Shown here piece after piece: positions 1 to 15,000 of a stretch of DNA of 64,000 bases; the stretch's first letter is position 1; every line of letters starts with the position of its first letter. The stretch comes from Eledone cirrhosa (taxonomy: Eukaryota): positions 345,650,001-345,714,000 of the forward strand of contig OZ024742.1 in the NCBI GenBank assembly GCA_964016885.1, written 5' to 3'. The notes under the pieces are model-generated. The model was not told the origin of the DNA. It ran no database searches and saw nothing but the letters and a program-made list of their open reading frames with translations. The translations under genes and the position numbers were made by a program.

Positions 1-3000
1 TTGTTATAGAACTGTTGTTGTTGTTATAGAACTGTTGTTGTTATGGAACTGTTGTTGCTGTTATAGAACTGTTGTTGCTGCTATAGAACTGATGTTGTTG
101 TCATAGAACTGTTGTCATTGTTATAGAACTGTTGTTGTTATATATCTGTTGTTATTTTTATAGAACTGTTGTTGTTGTTATAAAACTGTTGTTGTTGTTA
201 TAGAACTGTTGTTGTTGTTATAGAACTGTTGTTGTTATAGAACTGTTGTTGTTATAGAACTGTTGTTGTTATATAACTGTTGTTGTTGTTATAGAACTGT
301 TGTTGTTGTTATAGAACTGTTGTTGTTGCTGTTATAGAACTGTTGTTGTTATAGAACTGTTGTTGTTATAGAACTGTTGTTGTTGTTATAGAACTTTTGT
401 TGTTGTCTTAGAACTATTGTTGTTGTTATAAAACTGTTGTTGTTGTTATAGAACTGTTGTTGGTGTTATAGAACTGTTGTTGTTATATATCTGTTGTTGT
501 TGATATAGAACTGTTGTTATACAACTGTTGTTGTTATAGAACTGTTGTTGTTATAGAACTGTTGTTGTCATAGAACTGTTGTTGTTGTTATAGAACTGTT
601 GTTATAGAACTGTTGTTGTTGTTATAGAACTGTTGTTGTTATAGAACTGTTGTTGCTGTTATAGAACTATTGTTGTTGTCATAGAACTGTTTTTGTTGTT
701 ATAGAACTGTTGTTGTTATAGAACTGTTGTTGTTACAGCACTGTTGTTGTTATAGAACTGTTGTTGTTGTTATAGAACTGTTGTTGCTGTTATAGAACTG
801 TTGTTGTTGTCATAGAACTGTTGTTGTTGTCTTAGAACTATTGTTGTTGTTATAAAACTGCTGTTGTTGTTGTCTTAGAACTATTGTTGTTGTTATAAAA
901 CTGCTGTTGTTGTTATAGAACTGTTTTTGTTATTATAGAACTGTTGTTGTTACAGAACTGTTGTTGTTATATAACTGTTGTTGTTATAGAACGTTTGTTG
1001 TTGTTACAGAACTGTTGTTGTTGTTTTAGAATTGTTGTTGTTGTTATAGAACTGTTGTTGTTGTTGTAGAACTGTTGTTGTTATAGAACTGTTGTTGTTG
1101 TTATAGAACTGTTGTTGTTATAGAACTGTTGTTGTTATAGAACTGTTGTTGTTGTTATAGAACTGTTGTTGTCATAGAACTGTTGTTGCTGTTATAGAAC
1201 TGTTGTTGCTGTTATAGAACTGTTGTTGTTATAGAACTGTTGTTGTTATATATCTGTTGTTGTTGTTGTTATAGAACTGTTGTTGCTGTTATACAACTGT
1301 TGTTGTTGTTATAGAACTGTTGTTGTATTTATAGAACTGTTGTTGTTGTTATAGAACTGTTGTTGTTGTTATAGAACTGTTGTTGTTATAGAACTATTTT
1401 TATAGAACTGTTGTTGTTGTTATAGAACTGTTGTTATTGTTATAGAGCTGTAGTTGTTATAGAACTGTTGTTGTTGTTATATAAGTGTTGTTGCTATAGA
1501 ACAGTTGTTGTTGTTATAGAACTGTTGTTGTTATAGAACTGTTGTTGTTGTTATAGAACTATTGTTGTTATAGACCTGTTGTTGTTGTTGTAGAACTGTT
1601 GTTGTTGTTATAGAACTGTTTTTGTTGTTATAGAACTATTGTTGTTATAGAACTGTTGTTGTTGTTATAGAACTGTTGTTGTTATATAACTGTTGTTGTT
1701 ATAGAACTGTTGTTGTTGTTATAGAACTGTTGTTGTTATGGAACTGTTGTTGCTGTTATAGAACTGTTGTTGTTGTTATAGAACTGTTGTTGTTGTTGTT
1801 ATAGAACTGTTGTTGTTATAGAATTTTTGTTGTTATAGAACTGTTGTTGTTGTTATAGAACTGTTGTTGTTGTCTTAGAACTATTGTTGTTGTTATAAAA
1901 CTGTTGTTGTTGTTATAGAACTGTTGTTGGTGTTATAGAACTGTTGTTGTTATATATCTGTTGTTGTTGATATAGAACTGTTGTTATAGAACTGTTGTTG
2001 TTATAGAACTGTTGTTGTTATAGAACTGTTGTTGTCATAGAACTGTTGTTGTTGTTATAGAACTGTTGTTATAGAACTGTTGTTGTTGTTATAGAACTGT
2101 TGTTGTTATAGAACTGTTGTTGCTGTTATAGAACTATTGTTGTTGTCATAGAACTGTTTTTGTTGTTATAGAACTGTTGTTGTTATAGAACTGTTGTTGT
2201 TACAGCACTGTTGTTGTTATAGAACTGTTGTTGTTGTTATAGAACTGTTGTTGCTGTTATAGAACTGTTGTTGTTGTCATAGAACTGTTGTTGTTGTCTT
2301 AGAACTATTGTTGTTGTTATAAAACTGCTATTGTTGTTGTCTTAGAACTATTGTTGTTGTTATAAAACTGCTGTTGTTGTTATAGAACTGTTTTTGTTAT
2401 TATAGAACTGTTGTTGTTACAGAACTGTTGTTGTTATATAACTGTTGTTGTTATAGAACGTTTGTTGTTGTTACAGAACTGTTGTTGTTGTTTTAGAATT
2501 GTTGTTGTTGTTATAGAACTGTTGTTGTTGTTGTAGAACTGTTGTTGTTGTTATAGAACTGTTGTTGTTGTTATAGAACTGTTGTTGTTATAGAACTGTT
2601 GTTGTTGTTGTTATAGAACTGTTGTTGTTATAGAACTGTTGTTGTTATAGAACTGTTGTTGTTGTTATAGAACTGTTGTTGTCATAGAACTGTTGTTGCT
2701 GTTATAGAACTGTTGTTGCTGTTATAGTACTGTTGTTGTTGTTATAGAACTGTTGTTGTTATATATCTGTTGTTGTTGTTGTTATAGAACTGTTGTTGCT
2801 GTTATACAACTGTTGTTGTTGTTATAGAACTGTTGTTGTTTTTATAGAACTGTTGTTGTTGTTATAGAACTGTTGTTGTTGTTATAGAACTGTTGTTGTT
2901 ATAGAACTATTTTTATAGAACTGTTGTTGTTGTTATAGAACTGTTGTTATTGTTATAGAGCTGTAGTTGTTATAGAACTGTTGTTGTTGTTATATAAGTG

Positions 3001-6000
3001 TTGTTGCTATAGAACAGTTGTTGTTGTTATAGAACTGTTGTTGTTGTTATAGAACTATTGTTGTTATAGACCTGTTGTTGTTGTTGTAGAACTGTTGTTG
3101 TTGTTATAGAACTGTTTTTGTTGTTATAGAACTGTTGTTGTTATAGAACTGTTGTTGTTGTTATAGAACTGTTGTTGTTATAGAACTGTTGTTGTTATAG
3201 AACTGTTGTTGTTGTTATAGAACTGTTGTTGTTATAGAACTGTTGTTGTTGTTATAGAACTGTTGTTGTTGTTATACAACTGTCGTTGTTATAGAACGTT
3301 TGTTGTTGTTACAGAACTGTTGTTGTTGTTTTAGAATTGTTGTTGTTGTTATAGAACTGTTGATGTTGTTATAGAACTGTTGTTGTTATAGAACTGTTGT
3401 TGCTGTTATAGAACTGTTGTTGCTGTTATAGAACTGTTGTTGCTGTTATAGAACTGTTGTTGTTGTTATAGAACTGTTGTTGTTGTTATAGAACTGTTTT
3501 TGTTGTTATAGAACTGTTGTTGTTATAGAACTGTCGTTGTTATAGAACGTTTGTTGTTGTTACAGAACTGTTGTTGTTGTTTTAGAATTGTTGTTGTTGT
3601 TATAGAACTGTTGATGTTGTTGTAGAACTGTTGTTGTTGTTATAGAACTGTTGTTGTTGTTATAGAACTGTTGTTGTTATAGAACTGTTGTTGTTGTTAT
3701 AGAACTGTTGTTGTTATAGAACTGTTGTTGTTATAGAACTGTTGTTGCTGTTATAGAACTGTTGTTGCTGTTATAGAACTGTTGTTGTTGTTATAGAACT
3801 GTTGTTGTTGTTATAGAACTGTTGTTATTATAGAACTGTTGTTGTTGTTATAGAACTGTTGTTGTTATAGAACTGTTGTTGTTATAGAACTGTTGTTGTT
3901 GTTATAGAACTGTTGTTGTTATAGAACTGTTGTCGTTTTTATAGAACGGTTGTTGTTGCTATAGAACTGTTGTTGTTGTTATAGAACTGTTGTTGTTGTA
4001 GAACTGTTGTTGTTATAGAACTGTTGTTGTTGTTATAGAACTGTTGTTATTGTTATAGAGCTGTTGTTGTTATAGAACTGTTGTTGTTGTTATATAAGTG
4101 TTGTTGCTATAGAACAGTTGTTGTTGTTATAGAACTGTTGTTGTTATAGAACTGTTGTTGTTGTTATAGAACTATTGTTGTTATAGACCTGTTGTTGTTG
4201 TTGTAGAACTGTTGTTGTTGTTATAGAACTGTTATTGTTGTTATAGAACTGTTGTTGTTATAGAACTGTTGTTGTTGTTATAGAACTGTTGTTGTTATAG
4301 AACTGTTGTTGTTGTTATAGAACTGTTGTTGTTGCTGTTATAGAACTGTTGTTGTTATAGAACTGTTGTTGTTATAGAACTGTTGTTGTTGTTATAGAAC
4401 TTTTGTTGTTGTCTTAGAACTATTGTTGTTGTTATAAAACTGTTGTTGTTGTTATAGAACTGTTGTTGGTGTTATAGAACTGTTGTTGTTATATATCTGT
4501 TGTTGTTGATATAGAACTGTTGTTATAGAACTGTTGTTGTTATAGAACTGTTGTTGTTATAGAACTGTTGTTGTTACAGCACTGTTGTTGTTATAGAACT
4601 GTTGTTGTTGTTATAGAACTGTTGTTGCTGTTATAGAACTGTTGTTGTTGTCATAGAACTGTTGTTGTTGTCTTAGAACTATTGTTGTTGTTATAAAACT
4701 GCTGTTGTTGTTGTCTTAGAACTATTGTTGTTGTTATAAAACTGCTGTTGTTGTTATAGAACTGTTTTTGTTATTATAGAACTGTTGTTGTTACAGAACT
4801 GTTGTTGTTATATAACTGTTGTTGTTATAGAACGTTTGTTGTTGTTACAGAACTGTTGTTGTTGTTTTAGAATTGTTGTTGTTGTTATAGAACTGTTGTT
4901 GTTGTTGTAGAACTGTTGTTGTTATAGAACTGTTGTTGTTGTTATAGAACTGTTGTTGTTATAGAACTGTTGTTGTTGTTATAGAACTGTTGTTGTTATA
5001 GAACTGTTGTTGTTATAGAACTGTTGTTGTTGTTATAGAACTGTTGTTGTCATAGAACTGTTGTTGCTGTTATAGAACTGTTGTTGCTGTTATAGAACTG
5101 TTGTTGTTATAGAACTGTTGTTGTTATATATCTGTTGTTGTTGTTGTTATAGAACTGTTGTTGCTGTTATACAACTGTTGTTGTTGTTATAGAACTGTTG
5201 TTGTATTTATAGAACTGTTGTTGATGTTATAGAACTGTTGTTGTTGTTATAGAACTGTTGTTGTTATAGAACTATTTTTATAGAACTGTTGTTGTTGTTA
5301 TAGAACTGTTGTTATTGTTATAGAGCTGTAGTTGTTATAGAACTGTTGTTGTTGTTATATAAGTGTTGTTGCTATAGAACAGTTGTTGTTGTTATAGAAC
5401 TGTTGTTGTTATAGAACTGTTGTTGTTGTTATAGAACTATTGTTGTTATAGACCTGTTGTTGTTGTTGTAGAACTGTTGTTGTTGTTATAGAACTGTTTT
5501 TGTTGTTATAGAACTATTGTTGTTATAGAACTGTTGTTGTTGTTATAGAACTGTTGTTGTTATATAACTGTTGTTGTTATAGAACTGTTGTTGTTGTTAT
5601 AGAACTGTTGTTGTTATGGAACTGTTGTTGCTGTTATAGAACTGTTGTTGTTGTTATAGAACTGTTGTTGTTGTTGTTATAGAACTGTTGTTGTTATAGA
5701 ATTTTTGTTGTTATAGAACTGTTGTTGTTGTTATAGAACTGTTGTTGTTGTCTTAGAACTATTGTTGTTGTTATAAAACTGTTGTTGTTGTTATAGAACT
5801 GTTGTTGGTGTTATAGAACTGTTGTTGTTATATATCTGTTGTTGTTGATATAGAACTGTTGTTATAGAACTGTTGTTGTTATAGAACTGTTGTTGTTATA
5901 GAACTGTTGTTGTCATAGAACTGTTGTTGTTGTTATAGAACTGTTGTTATAGAACTGTTGTTGTTGTTATAGAACTGTTGTTGTTATAGAACTGTTGTTG

Positions 6001-9000
6001 CTGTTATAGAACTATTGTTGTTGTCATAGAACTGTTTTTGTTGTTATAGAACTGTTGTTGTTATAGAACTGTTGTTGTTACAGCACTGTTGTTGTTATAG
6101 AACTGTTGTTGTTGTTATAGAACTGTTGTTGCTGTTATAGAACTGTTGTTGTTGTCATAGAACTGTTGTTGTTGTCTTAGAACTATTGTTGTTGTTATAA
6201 AACTGCTATTGTTGTTGTCTTAGAACTATTGTTGTTGTTATAAAACTGCTGTTGTTGTTATAGAACTGTTTTTGTTATTATAGAACTGTTGTTGTTACAG
6301 AACTGTTGTTGTTATATAACTGTTGTTGTTATAGAACGTTTGTTGTTGTTACAGAACTGTTGTTGTTGTTTTAGAATTGTTGTTGTTGTTATAGAACTGT
6401 TGTTGTTGTTGTAGAACTGTTGTTGTTGTTATAGAACTGTTGTTGTTGTTATAGAACTGTTGTTGTTATAGAACTGTTGTTGTTGTTGTTATAGAACTGT
6501 TGTTGTTATAGAACTGTTGTTGTTATAGAACTGTTGTTGTTGTTATAGAACTGTTGTTGTCATAGAACTGTTGTTGCTGTTATAGAACTGTTGTTGCTGT
6601 TATAGAACTGTTGTTGTTGTTATAGAACTGTTGTTGTTATATATCTGTTGTTGTTGTTGTTATAGAACTGTTGTTGCTGTTATACAACTGTTGTTGTTGT
6701 TATAGAACTGTTGTTGTTTTTATAGAACTGTTGTTGTTGTTATAGAACTGTTGTTGTTGTTATAGAACTGTTGTTGTTATAGAACTATTTTTATAGAACT
6801 GTTGTTGTTGTTATAGAACTGTTGTTATTGTTATAGAGCTGTAGTTGTTATAGAACTGTTGTTGTTGTTATATAAGTGTTGTTGCTATAGAACAGTTGTT
6901 GTTGTTATAGAACTGTTGTTGTTGTTATAGAACTATTGTTGTTATAGACCTGTTGTTGTTGTTGTAGAACTGTTGTTGTTGTTATAGAACTGTTTTTGTT
7001 GTTATAGAACTGTTGTTGTTATAGAACTGTTGTTGTTGTTATAGAACTGTTGTTGTTATAGAACTGTTGTTGTTATAGAACTGTTGTTGTTGTTATAGAA
7101 CTGTTGTTGTTATGGAACTGTTGTTGCTGTTATAGAACTGTTGTTGCTGTTATAGAACTGATGTTGTTGTCATAGAACTGTTGTCGTTGTTATAGAACTG
7201 TTGTTGTTATATATCTGTTGTTGTTTTTATAGAACTGTTGTTGTTGTTATAGAAGCGTTGTTGTTGTTATAAAACTGTTGTTGTTGTTATAGAACTGTTG
7301 TTGTTGTTATAGAACTGTTGTTGTTATAGAACTGTTGTTGTTATATAACTGTTGTTGTTGTTATAGAACTGTTGTTGTTATATAACTGTTGTTGCTGTTA
7401 TAGAACTGTTGTTGTTGTTATAGAACTGTTGTTGTCGTTGTTATAGAACTGTTGTTGTCATAGAACTGTTGTTGTTGTTATAGAACTGTTGTTGTTGTCT
7501 TAGAACTATTGTTGTTGTTATAAAACTGTTGTTGTTGTTATAGAACTGTTGTTGGTGTTATAGAACTGTTGTTGTTATATATCTGTTGTTGTTGATATAG
7601 AACTGTTGTTGTTATAGAACTGTTGTTGTTATAGAACTGTTGTTGTCATAGAACTGTTGTTGTTGTTATAGAACTGTTGTTATAGAACTGTTGTTGTTGT
7701 TATAGAACTGTTGTTGTTATTGAACTGTTGTTGTTATAGAACTGTTGTTGCTGTTATAGAACTATTGTTGTTGTCATAGAACTGTTTTTGTTGTTATAGA
7801 ACTGTTGTTGTTATAGAACTGTTGTTGTTACAGCACTGTTGTTGTATAGAACTGTTGTTGTTGTTATAGAACTGTTGTTGCTGTTATAGAACTGTTGTTG
7901 TTGTCATAGAACTGTTGTTGTTGTCTTAGAACCATTGTTGTTGTTATAAAACTGCTGTTGTTGTTATAGAACTGTTTTTGTTGTTATAGAACTGTTGTTG
8001 TTACAGAACTGTTGTTGTTATAGAACGTTTGTTGTTGTTACAGAACTGTTGTTGTTGTTTTAGAATTGTTGTTGTTGTTATAGAACTGTTGTTGTTGTTA
8101 TAGAACTGTTGTTCTTGTTATATGACTGTTGTTGTTGTTATAGAACTGTTGTTGTTGTTATAGAACTGTTGTTGTTGTTATAGAACTGTTGTTATTGTTA
8201 TAGAGCTGTTGTTGTTATAGAACTTTTTTTATAGAACATTTGTTGTTATAGACCTGTTGTTGTAACAGAACTGTCGTTGGTTTTATCGAACAGTTGTTGT
8301 TGTTATAGAACTGTTGTTGTTGTTATATAAGTGTTGTTGCTATAGAACAGTTGTTGTTGTTATAGAACTGTTGTTGTTATAGAACTCTTGTTGTTGTTAT
8401 AGAACTATTGTTGTTATAGAACTGTTGTTGTTGTTGTAGAACTGTTGTTGTTGTTATAGAACTGTTGTTGTTCTTATAGAACTGTTGTTGTTATAGAACT
8501 GTTGCTGTTGTTATAGAACTGTTGTTGTTATAGAACTGTTGTTGTTGTTATAGAACTGTTGTTGTTATAGAACTGTTGTTGCTGTTATAGAACTGTTGTT
8601 GCTGTTATAGAACTGTTGTTGTTGTTATAGAACTGTTGTTGTTATATATCTGTTGTTGTTGTTGTTATAGAACTGTTGTTGCTGTTATACAGCTGTTGCT
8701 GTTGTTATAGAACTGTTGTTGTTATTGAACTGTTGTTGTTTTTATAGAACTGTTGTTGTTGTTATAGAACTGTTGTTGTTGTTATAAAACTGTTGTTGTT
8801 GTTATAGAACTGTTGTTGTTGTAGAACTGTTGTTGTTATAGAACTGTTGTTGTTGTTATAGAACTGTTGTTATTGTTATAGAGCTGTTGTTGTTATAGAA
8901 CTATTTTTATAGAACATTTGTTGTTGTTATAGAACTGTTGTTGTTATAGAACTGTTCTTGTTGTTATAGAACTATTGTTGTTATAGACCTGTTGTTGTTG

Positions 9001-12000
9001 TTGTAGAACTGTTGTTGTTGTTATAGAACTGTTGTTGTTGTTATAGAACTGTTGTTGTTATAGAACTGTTGTTGTTGTTAAAGAACTGTTGTTGTTATAG
9101 AACTGTTGTTGTTATAGAGCTGTTGTTGTTGTTATAGAACTGTTGTTGCTGTTATAGAACTGTTGTTGCTGTTATAGAACTGTTGTTGTTGTTATAGAAC
9201 TGTTGTTGTTGTTATAGAACTGTTGTTGTTATATATCTGTTGTTGTTGTTATAGAACTGTTGTTGCTGTTATACAACTGTTGTTGTTGTTATAGAACTGT
9301 TGTTGTTATAGAACTGTTGTTGTTTTTATAGAACTGTTGTTGTTGTTATAGAACTGTTGTTGTTGTTATAAAACTGTTGTTGTTGTTATAGAACTGTTGT
9401 TGTTGTTATAGAACTGTTGTTGTTATATAACTGTTGTTGTTGTTATAGAACTGTTGTTGTTATAGAACTGTTGTTGCTGTTATAGAACTGTTGTTGTTGT
9501 CATAGAACTGTTGTTGTTGTTATAGAACTGTTGTTGTTATAGAACTGTTGTTGTTATAGAACTGTTGTTGCTGTTATAGAACTATTGATGTTGTCATAGA
9601 ACTGTTTTTGTTGTTATAGAACTGTTGTTGTTATAGAACTGTTGTTGTTACAGCACTGTTGTTGTTATAGAACTGTTGTTGTTGTTATAGAACTGTTGTT
9701 GCTGTTATAGAACTATTGTTGTTGTCATAGAACTGTTGTTGTTGTTGTCTTAGAACTATCGTTGTTGTTATAAAACTGCTGTTGTTGTTATAGAACTGTT
9801 TTTGTTGTTATAGAACTGTTGTTGTTATAGAACTGTTGTTGTTATAGAACGTTTGTTGTTGTTACAGAACTGTTGTTGTTGTTTTAGAATTGTTGTTGTT
9901 GTTATAGAACTGTTGTTGTTGTTGTAGAACTGTTGTTGTTGTTATAGAACTTTTGTTGTTGTTATAGAACTGTTGTTGTTGTTATAGAACTGTTGTTGTT
10001 ATAGAACTGTTGTTGCTGTTATAGAACTGTTGTTGCTGTTATAGAACTGTTGTTGTTGTTATAGAACTGTTGTTGTTGTTATAGAACTGTTGTTGCTTAA
10101 AACTGTTGTTGTTGTTATAGAACTGTTGTTGTTATAGAACTGTTGTTGTTATAGAACTGTTGTTGTTGTTATAGAACTGTTGTTGTTATAGAACTGTTGT
10201 TGTTTTTATAGAACTGCTGTTGTTGTTATAGAACTGTTGTTGTTGTTATAGAACTGTTGTTGTTGTAGAACTGTTGTTGTTATAGAACTGTTGTTGTTGT
10301 TATATAAGTGTTGTTGCTATAGAACAGTTGTTGTTGTTATAGAACTGTTGTTGTTATAGAACTGTTGTTGTTGTTATAGAACTATTGTTGTTATAGACCT
10401 GTTGTTGTTGTTGTAGAACTGTTGTTGTTGTTATAGAACTGTTATTGTTGTTATAGAACTGTTGTTGTTATAGGACTGTTGTTGTTGTTATAGAACTGTT
10501 GTTGTTATAGAACTGTTGTTGTTGTTATAGAACTGTTGTTGTTATGGAACTGTTGTTGCTGTTATAGAACTGCTGTTGCTGTTATAGAACTGATGTTGTT
10601 GTCATAGAACTGTTGTCATTGTTATAGAACTGTTGTTGTTATATATCTGTTGTTGTTTTTATAGAACTGTTGTTGTTGTTATAGAACTGTTGTTGTTGTT
10701 ATAAAACTGTTGTTGTTGTTATAGAACTGTTGTTGTTGTTATAGAACTGTTGTTTTTATAGAACTGTTGTTGTTATAGAACTGTTGTTGTTATAGAACTG
10801 TTGTTGCTGTTATAGAACTGTTGTTGTTGTCATAGAACTGTTGTTGTTGTTATAGAACTGTTCTTGTTGTTGTTATAGAACTGTTGTTGTTATAGAACTG
10901 TTGTTGTTATAGAACTGTTGTTGTTGTTATAGAACTGTTGTTGTTGTCTTAGAACTATTGTTGTTGTTATAAAACTGTTGTTGTTGTTATAGAACTGTTG
11001 TTGGTGTTATAGAACTGTTGTTGTTATATATCTGTTGTTGTTGATATAGAACTGTTGTTGTTATAGAACGGTTGTTGTTATAGAACTGTTGTTGTTATAG
11101 AACTGTTGTTGTCATAGAACTGTTGTTGTTGTTATAGAACTGTTGTTATAGAACTGTTGTTGTTGTTATAGGACTGTTGTTGTTATAGAACTGTTGTTGC
11201 TGTTATAGAACTATTGTTGTTGTCATAGAAATGTTTTTGTTGTTATAGAACTGTTGTTGTTATAGAACTGTTGTTGTTACAGCACTGTTGTTGTTATAGA
11301 ACTGTTGTTGTTGTTATAGAACTGTTGTTGCTGTTATAGAACTGTTGTTGTTGTCATAGAACTGTTGTTGTTGTCTTAGAACTATTGTTGTTGTTATAAA
11401 ACTGCTGTTGTTGTTGTCTTAGAACTATTGTTGTTGTTATAAAACTGCTGTTGTTGTTATAGAATTGTTTTTGTTGTTATAGAACTGTTGTTGTTACAGA
11501 ACTGTTGTTGTTATATAACTGTTGTTGTTATAGAACGTTTGTTGTTGTTACAGAACTGTTGTTGTTGTTTTAGAATTGTTGATGTTGTTATAGAACTGTT
11601 GTTGTTGTTGTAGAACTGTTGTTGTTGTTATAGAACTGTTGTTGTTGTTATAGAACTGTTGTTGTTATAGAACTGTTGTTGTTGTTATAGAACTGTTGTT
11701 GTTATAGAACTGTTGTTGTTATAGAACTGTTGTTGTTGTTATAGAACTGTTGTTGTCATAGAACTGTTGTTGCTGTTATAGAACTCTTGTTGCTGTTATA
11801 GAACTGTTGTTGTTGTTATAGAACTGTTGTTGTTATATATCTGTTGTTGTTGTTGTTATAGAACTGTTGTTGTTTTTATAGAACTGTTGTTGTTGTTATA
11901 GAACTGTTGTTGTTGTTATAGAACTGTTGTTGTTATAGAACTATTTTTATAGAACTGTTGTTGTTGTTATAGAACTGTTGTTATTGTTATAGAGCTGTAG

Positions 12001-15000
12001 TTGTTATAGAACTGTTGTTGTTGTTATATAAGTGTTGTTGCTATAGAACAGTTGTTGTTGTTATAGAACTGTTGTTGTTATAGAACTGTTGTTGTTGTTA
12101 TAGAACTATTGTTGTTATAGACCTGTTGTTGTTGTTGTAGAACTGTTGTTGTTGTTATAGAACTGTTTTTGTTGTTATAGAACTGTTGTTGTTATAGAAC
12201 TGTTGTTGTTGTTATAGAACTGTTGTTGTTATAGAACTGTTGTTGTTATAGAACTGTTGTTGTTGTTATAGAACTGTTGTTGTTATGGAACTGTTGTTGC
12301 TGTTATAGAACTGTTGTTGCTGTTATAGAACTGATGTTGTTGTCATAGAACTGTTGTCGTTGTTATAGAACTGTTGTTGTTATATATCTGTTGTTGTTTT
12401 TATAGAACTGTTGTTGTTGTTATAGAAGTGTTGTTGTTGTTATAGAACTGTTGTTGTTGTTATAGAACTGTTGTTGTTGTTATAGAACTGTTGTTGTTAT
12501 ATAACTGTTGTTGTTATATAACTGTTGTTGTTGTTATAGAACTGTTGTTGTTATATAACTGTTGTTGCTGTTATAGAACTGTTGTTGTTGTTATAGAACT
12601 GTTGTTGTTGTTGTTATAGAACTGTTGTTGTTATAGAACTGTTGTTGTTGTTATAGAACTGTTGTTGTTGTCTTAGAACTATTGTTGTTGTTATAAAACT
12701 GTTGTTGTTGTTATAGAACTGTTGTTGGTGTTATAGAACTGTTGTTGTTATATATCTGTTGTTGTTGATATAGAACTGTTGTTGTTATAGAACTGTTGTT
12801 GTTATAGAACTGTTGTTGTCATAGAACTGTTGTTGTTGTTATAGAACTGTTGTTATAGAACTGTTGTTGTTGTTATAGAACTGTTGTTGTTATAGAACTG
12901 TTGTTGTTATAGAACTGTTGTTGTCATAGAACTGTTGTTGTTGTTATAGAACTGTTGTTATAGAACTATTGTTGTTGTCATAGAACTGTTTTTGTTGTTA
13001 TAGAACTGTTGTTGTTATAGAACTGTTGTTGTTACAGCACTGTTGTTGTTATAGAACTGTTGTTGTTGTTATAGAACTGTTGTTGCTGTTATAGAACTGT
13101 TGTTGTTGTCATAGAACTGTTGTTGTTGTCTTAGAACTATTGTTGTTGTTATAAAACTGCTGTTGTTGTTATAGAACTGTTTTTGTTGTTATAGAACTGT
13201 TGTTGTTACAGAACTGTTGTTGTTATAGAACTGTTGTTGTTATAGAACGTTTGTTGTTGTTACAGAACTGTTGTTGTTGTTTTAGAATTGTTGTTGTTGT
13301 TATAGAACTGTTGTTGTTGTTATAGAACTGTTGTTGTTGTTATATGACTGTTGTTGTTGTTATAGAACTGTTGTTGTTTTTATAGAACTGTTGTTATTGT
13401 TATAGAGCTGTTGTTGTTATAGAACTATTTTTATAGAACGTTTGTTGTTATAGACCTGTTGTTGTTATAAAACTGTTGTTGTTGTTATAGAACTGTTGTT
13501 GTTGTAGAACTGTTGTTGTTATAGAACTGTTGTTGTTGTTATAGAACTGTTGTTATTGTTATAGAGCTGTTGTTGTTATAGAACTATTTTTATAGAACAT
13601 TTGTTGTTGTTATAGAACTGTTGTTGTTATAGAACTGTTGTTGTTGTTATAGAACTATTGTTGTTATAGACCTGTTGTTGCTGTTGTAGAACTGTTGTTG
13701 TTGTTATAGAACTGTTGTTGTTGTTATAGAACTGTTGTTGTTATAGAACTGTCGTTGTTGTTATAGAACTGTTGTTGTTATAGAACTGTTGTTGTTATAG
13801 AGCTGTTGTTGTTGTTATAGAACTGTTGTTGCTGTTATAGAACTGTTGTTGCTGTTATAGAACTGTTGTTGTTGTCATAGAACTGTTGTTGTTGTTATAG
13901 AACTGTTGTTGTTATATATCTGTTGTTGTTGTTATAGAACTGTTGTTGCTGTTATACAACTGTTGTTGTTGTTATAGAACTGTTGTTGTTATAGAACTGT
14001 TGTTGTTATATATCTGTTGTTGTTGTTATAGAACTGTTGTTGCTGTTATACAACTGTTGTTGTTGTTATAGAACTGTTGTTGTTATAGAACTGTTGTTGT
14101 TGTTATAAAACTGTTGTTGTTGTTATAGAACTGTTGTTGTTGTTATAGAACTGTTGTTGTTATATAACTGTTGTTGTTGTTATAGAACTGTTGTTGTTAT
14201 AGAACTGTTGTTGCTGTTATAGAACTGTTGTTGTTGTCATAGAACTGTTGTTGTTGTTGTAGAACTGTTGTTGTCATTGAACTGTTCTTGTTGTTATAGA
14301 ACTATTGTTGTTGTTATAGAACTGTTGTTGTTATAGAACTGTTGTTGTTATAGAACGTTTGTTGTTGTTACAGAACTGTTGTTGTTGTTTTAGAATTGTT
14401 GATGTTGTTATAGAACTGTTGTTGTTGTTGTAGAACTGTTGTTGTTGTTATAGAACTGTTGTTGTTGTTATAGAACTGTTGTTGTTATAGAACTGTTGTT
14501 GTTATAGAACTGTTGTTGTTGTTATAGAACTGTTGTTGTCATAGAACTGTTGTTGCTGTTATAGAACTCTTGTTGCTGTTATAGAACTGTTGTTGTTGTT
14601 ATAGAACTGTTGTTGTTATATATCTGTTGTTGTTGTTGTTATAGAACTGTTGTTGCTGTTATACAACTGTTGTTGTTGTTATAGAACTGTTGTTGTTTTT
14701 ATAGAACTGTTGTTGTTGTTATAGAACTGTTGTTGTTGTTATAGAACTGTTGTTGTTATAGAACTATTTTTATAGAACTGTTGTTGTTGTTATAGAACTG
14801 TTGTTATTGTTATAGAGCTGTAGTTGTTATAGAACTGTTGTTGTTGTTATATAAGTGTTGTTGCTATAGAACAGTTGTTGTTGTTATAGAACTGTTGTTG
14901 TTATAGAACTGTTGTTGTTGTTATAGAACTATTGTTGTTATAGACCTGTTGTTGTTGTTGTAGAACTGTTGTTGTTGTTATAGAACTGTTTTTGTTGTTA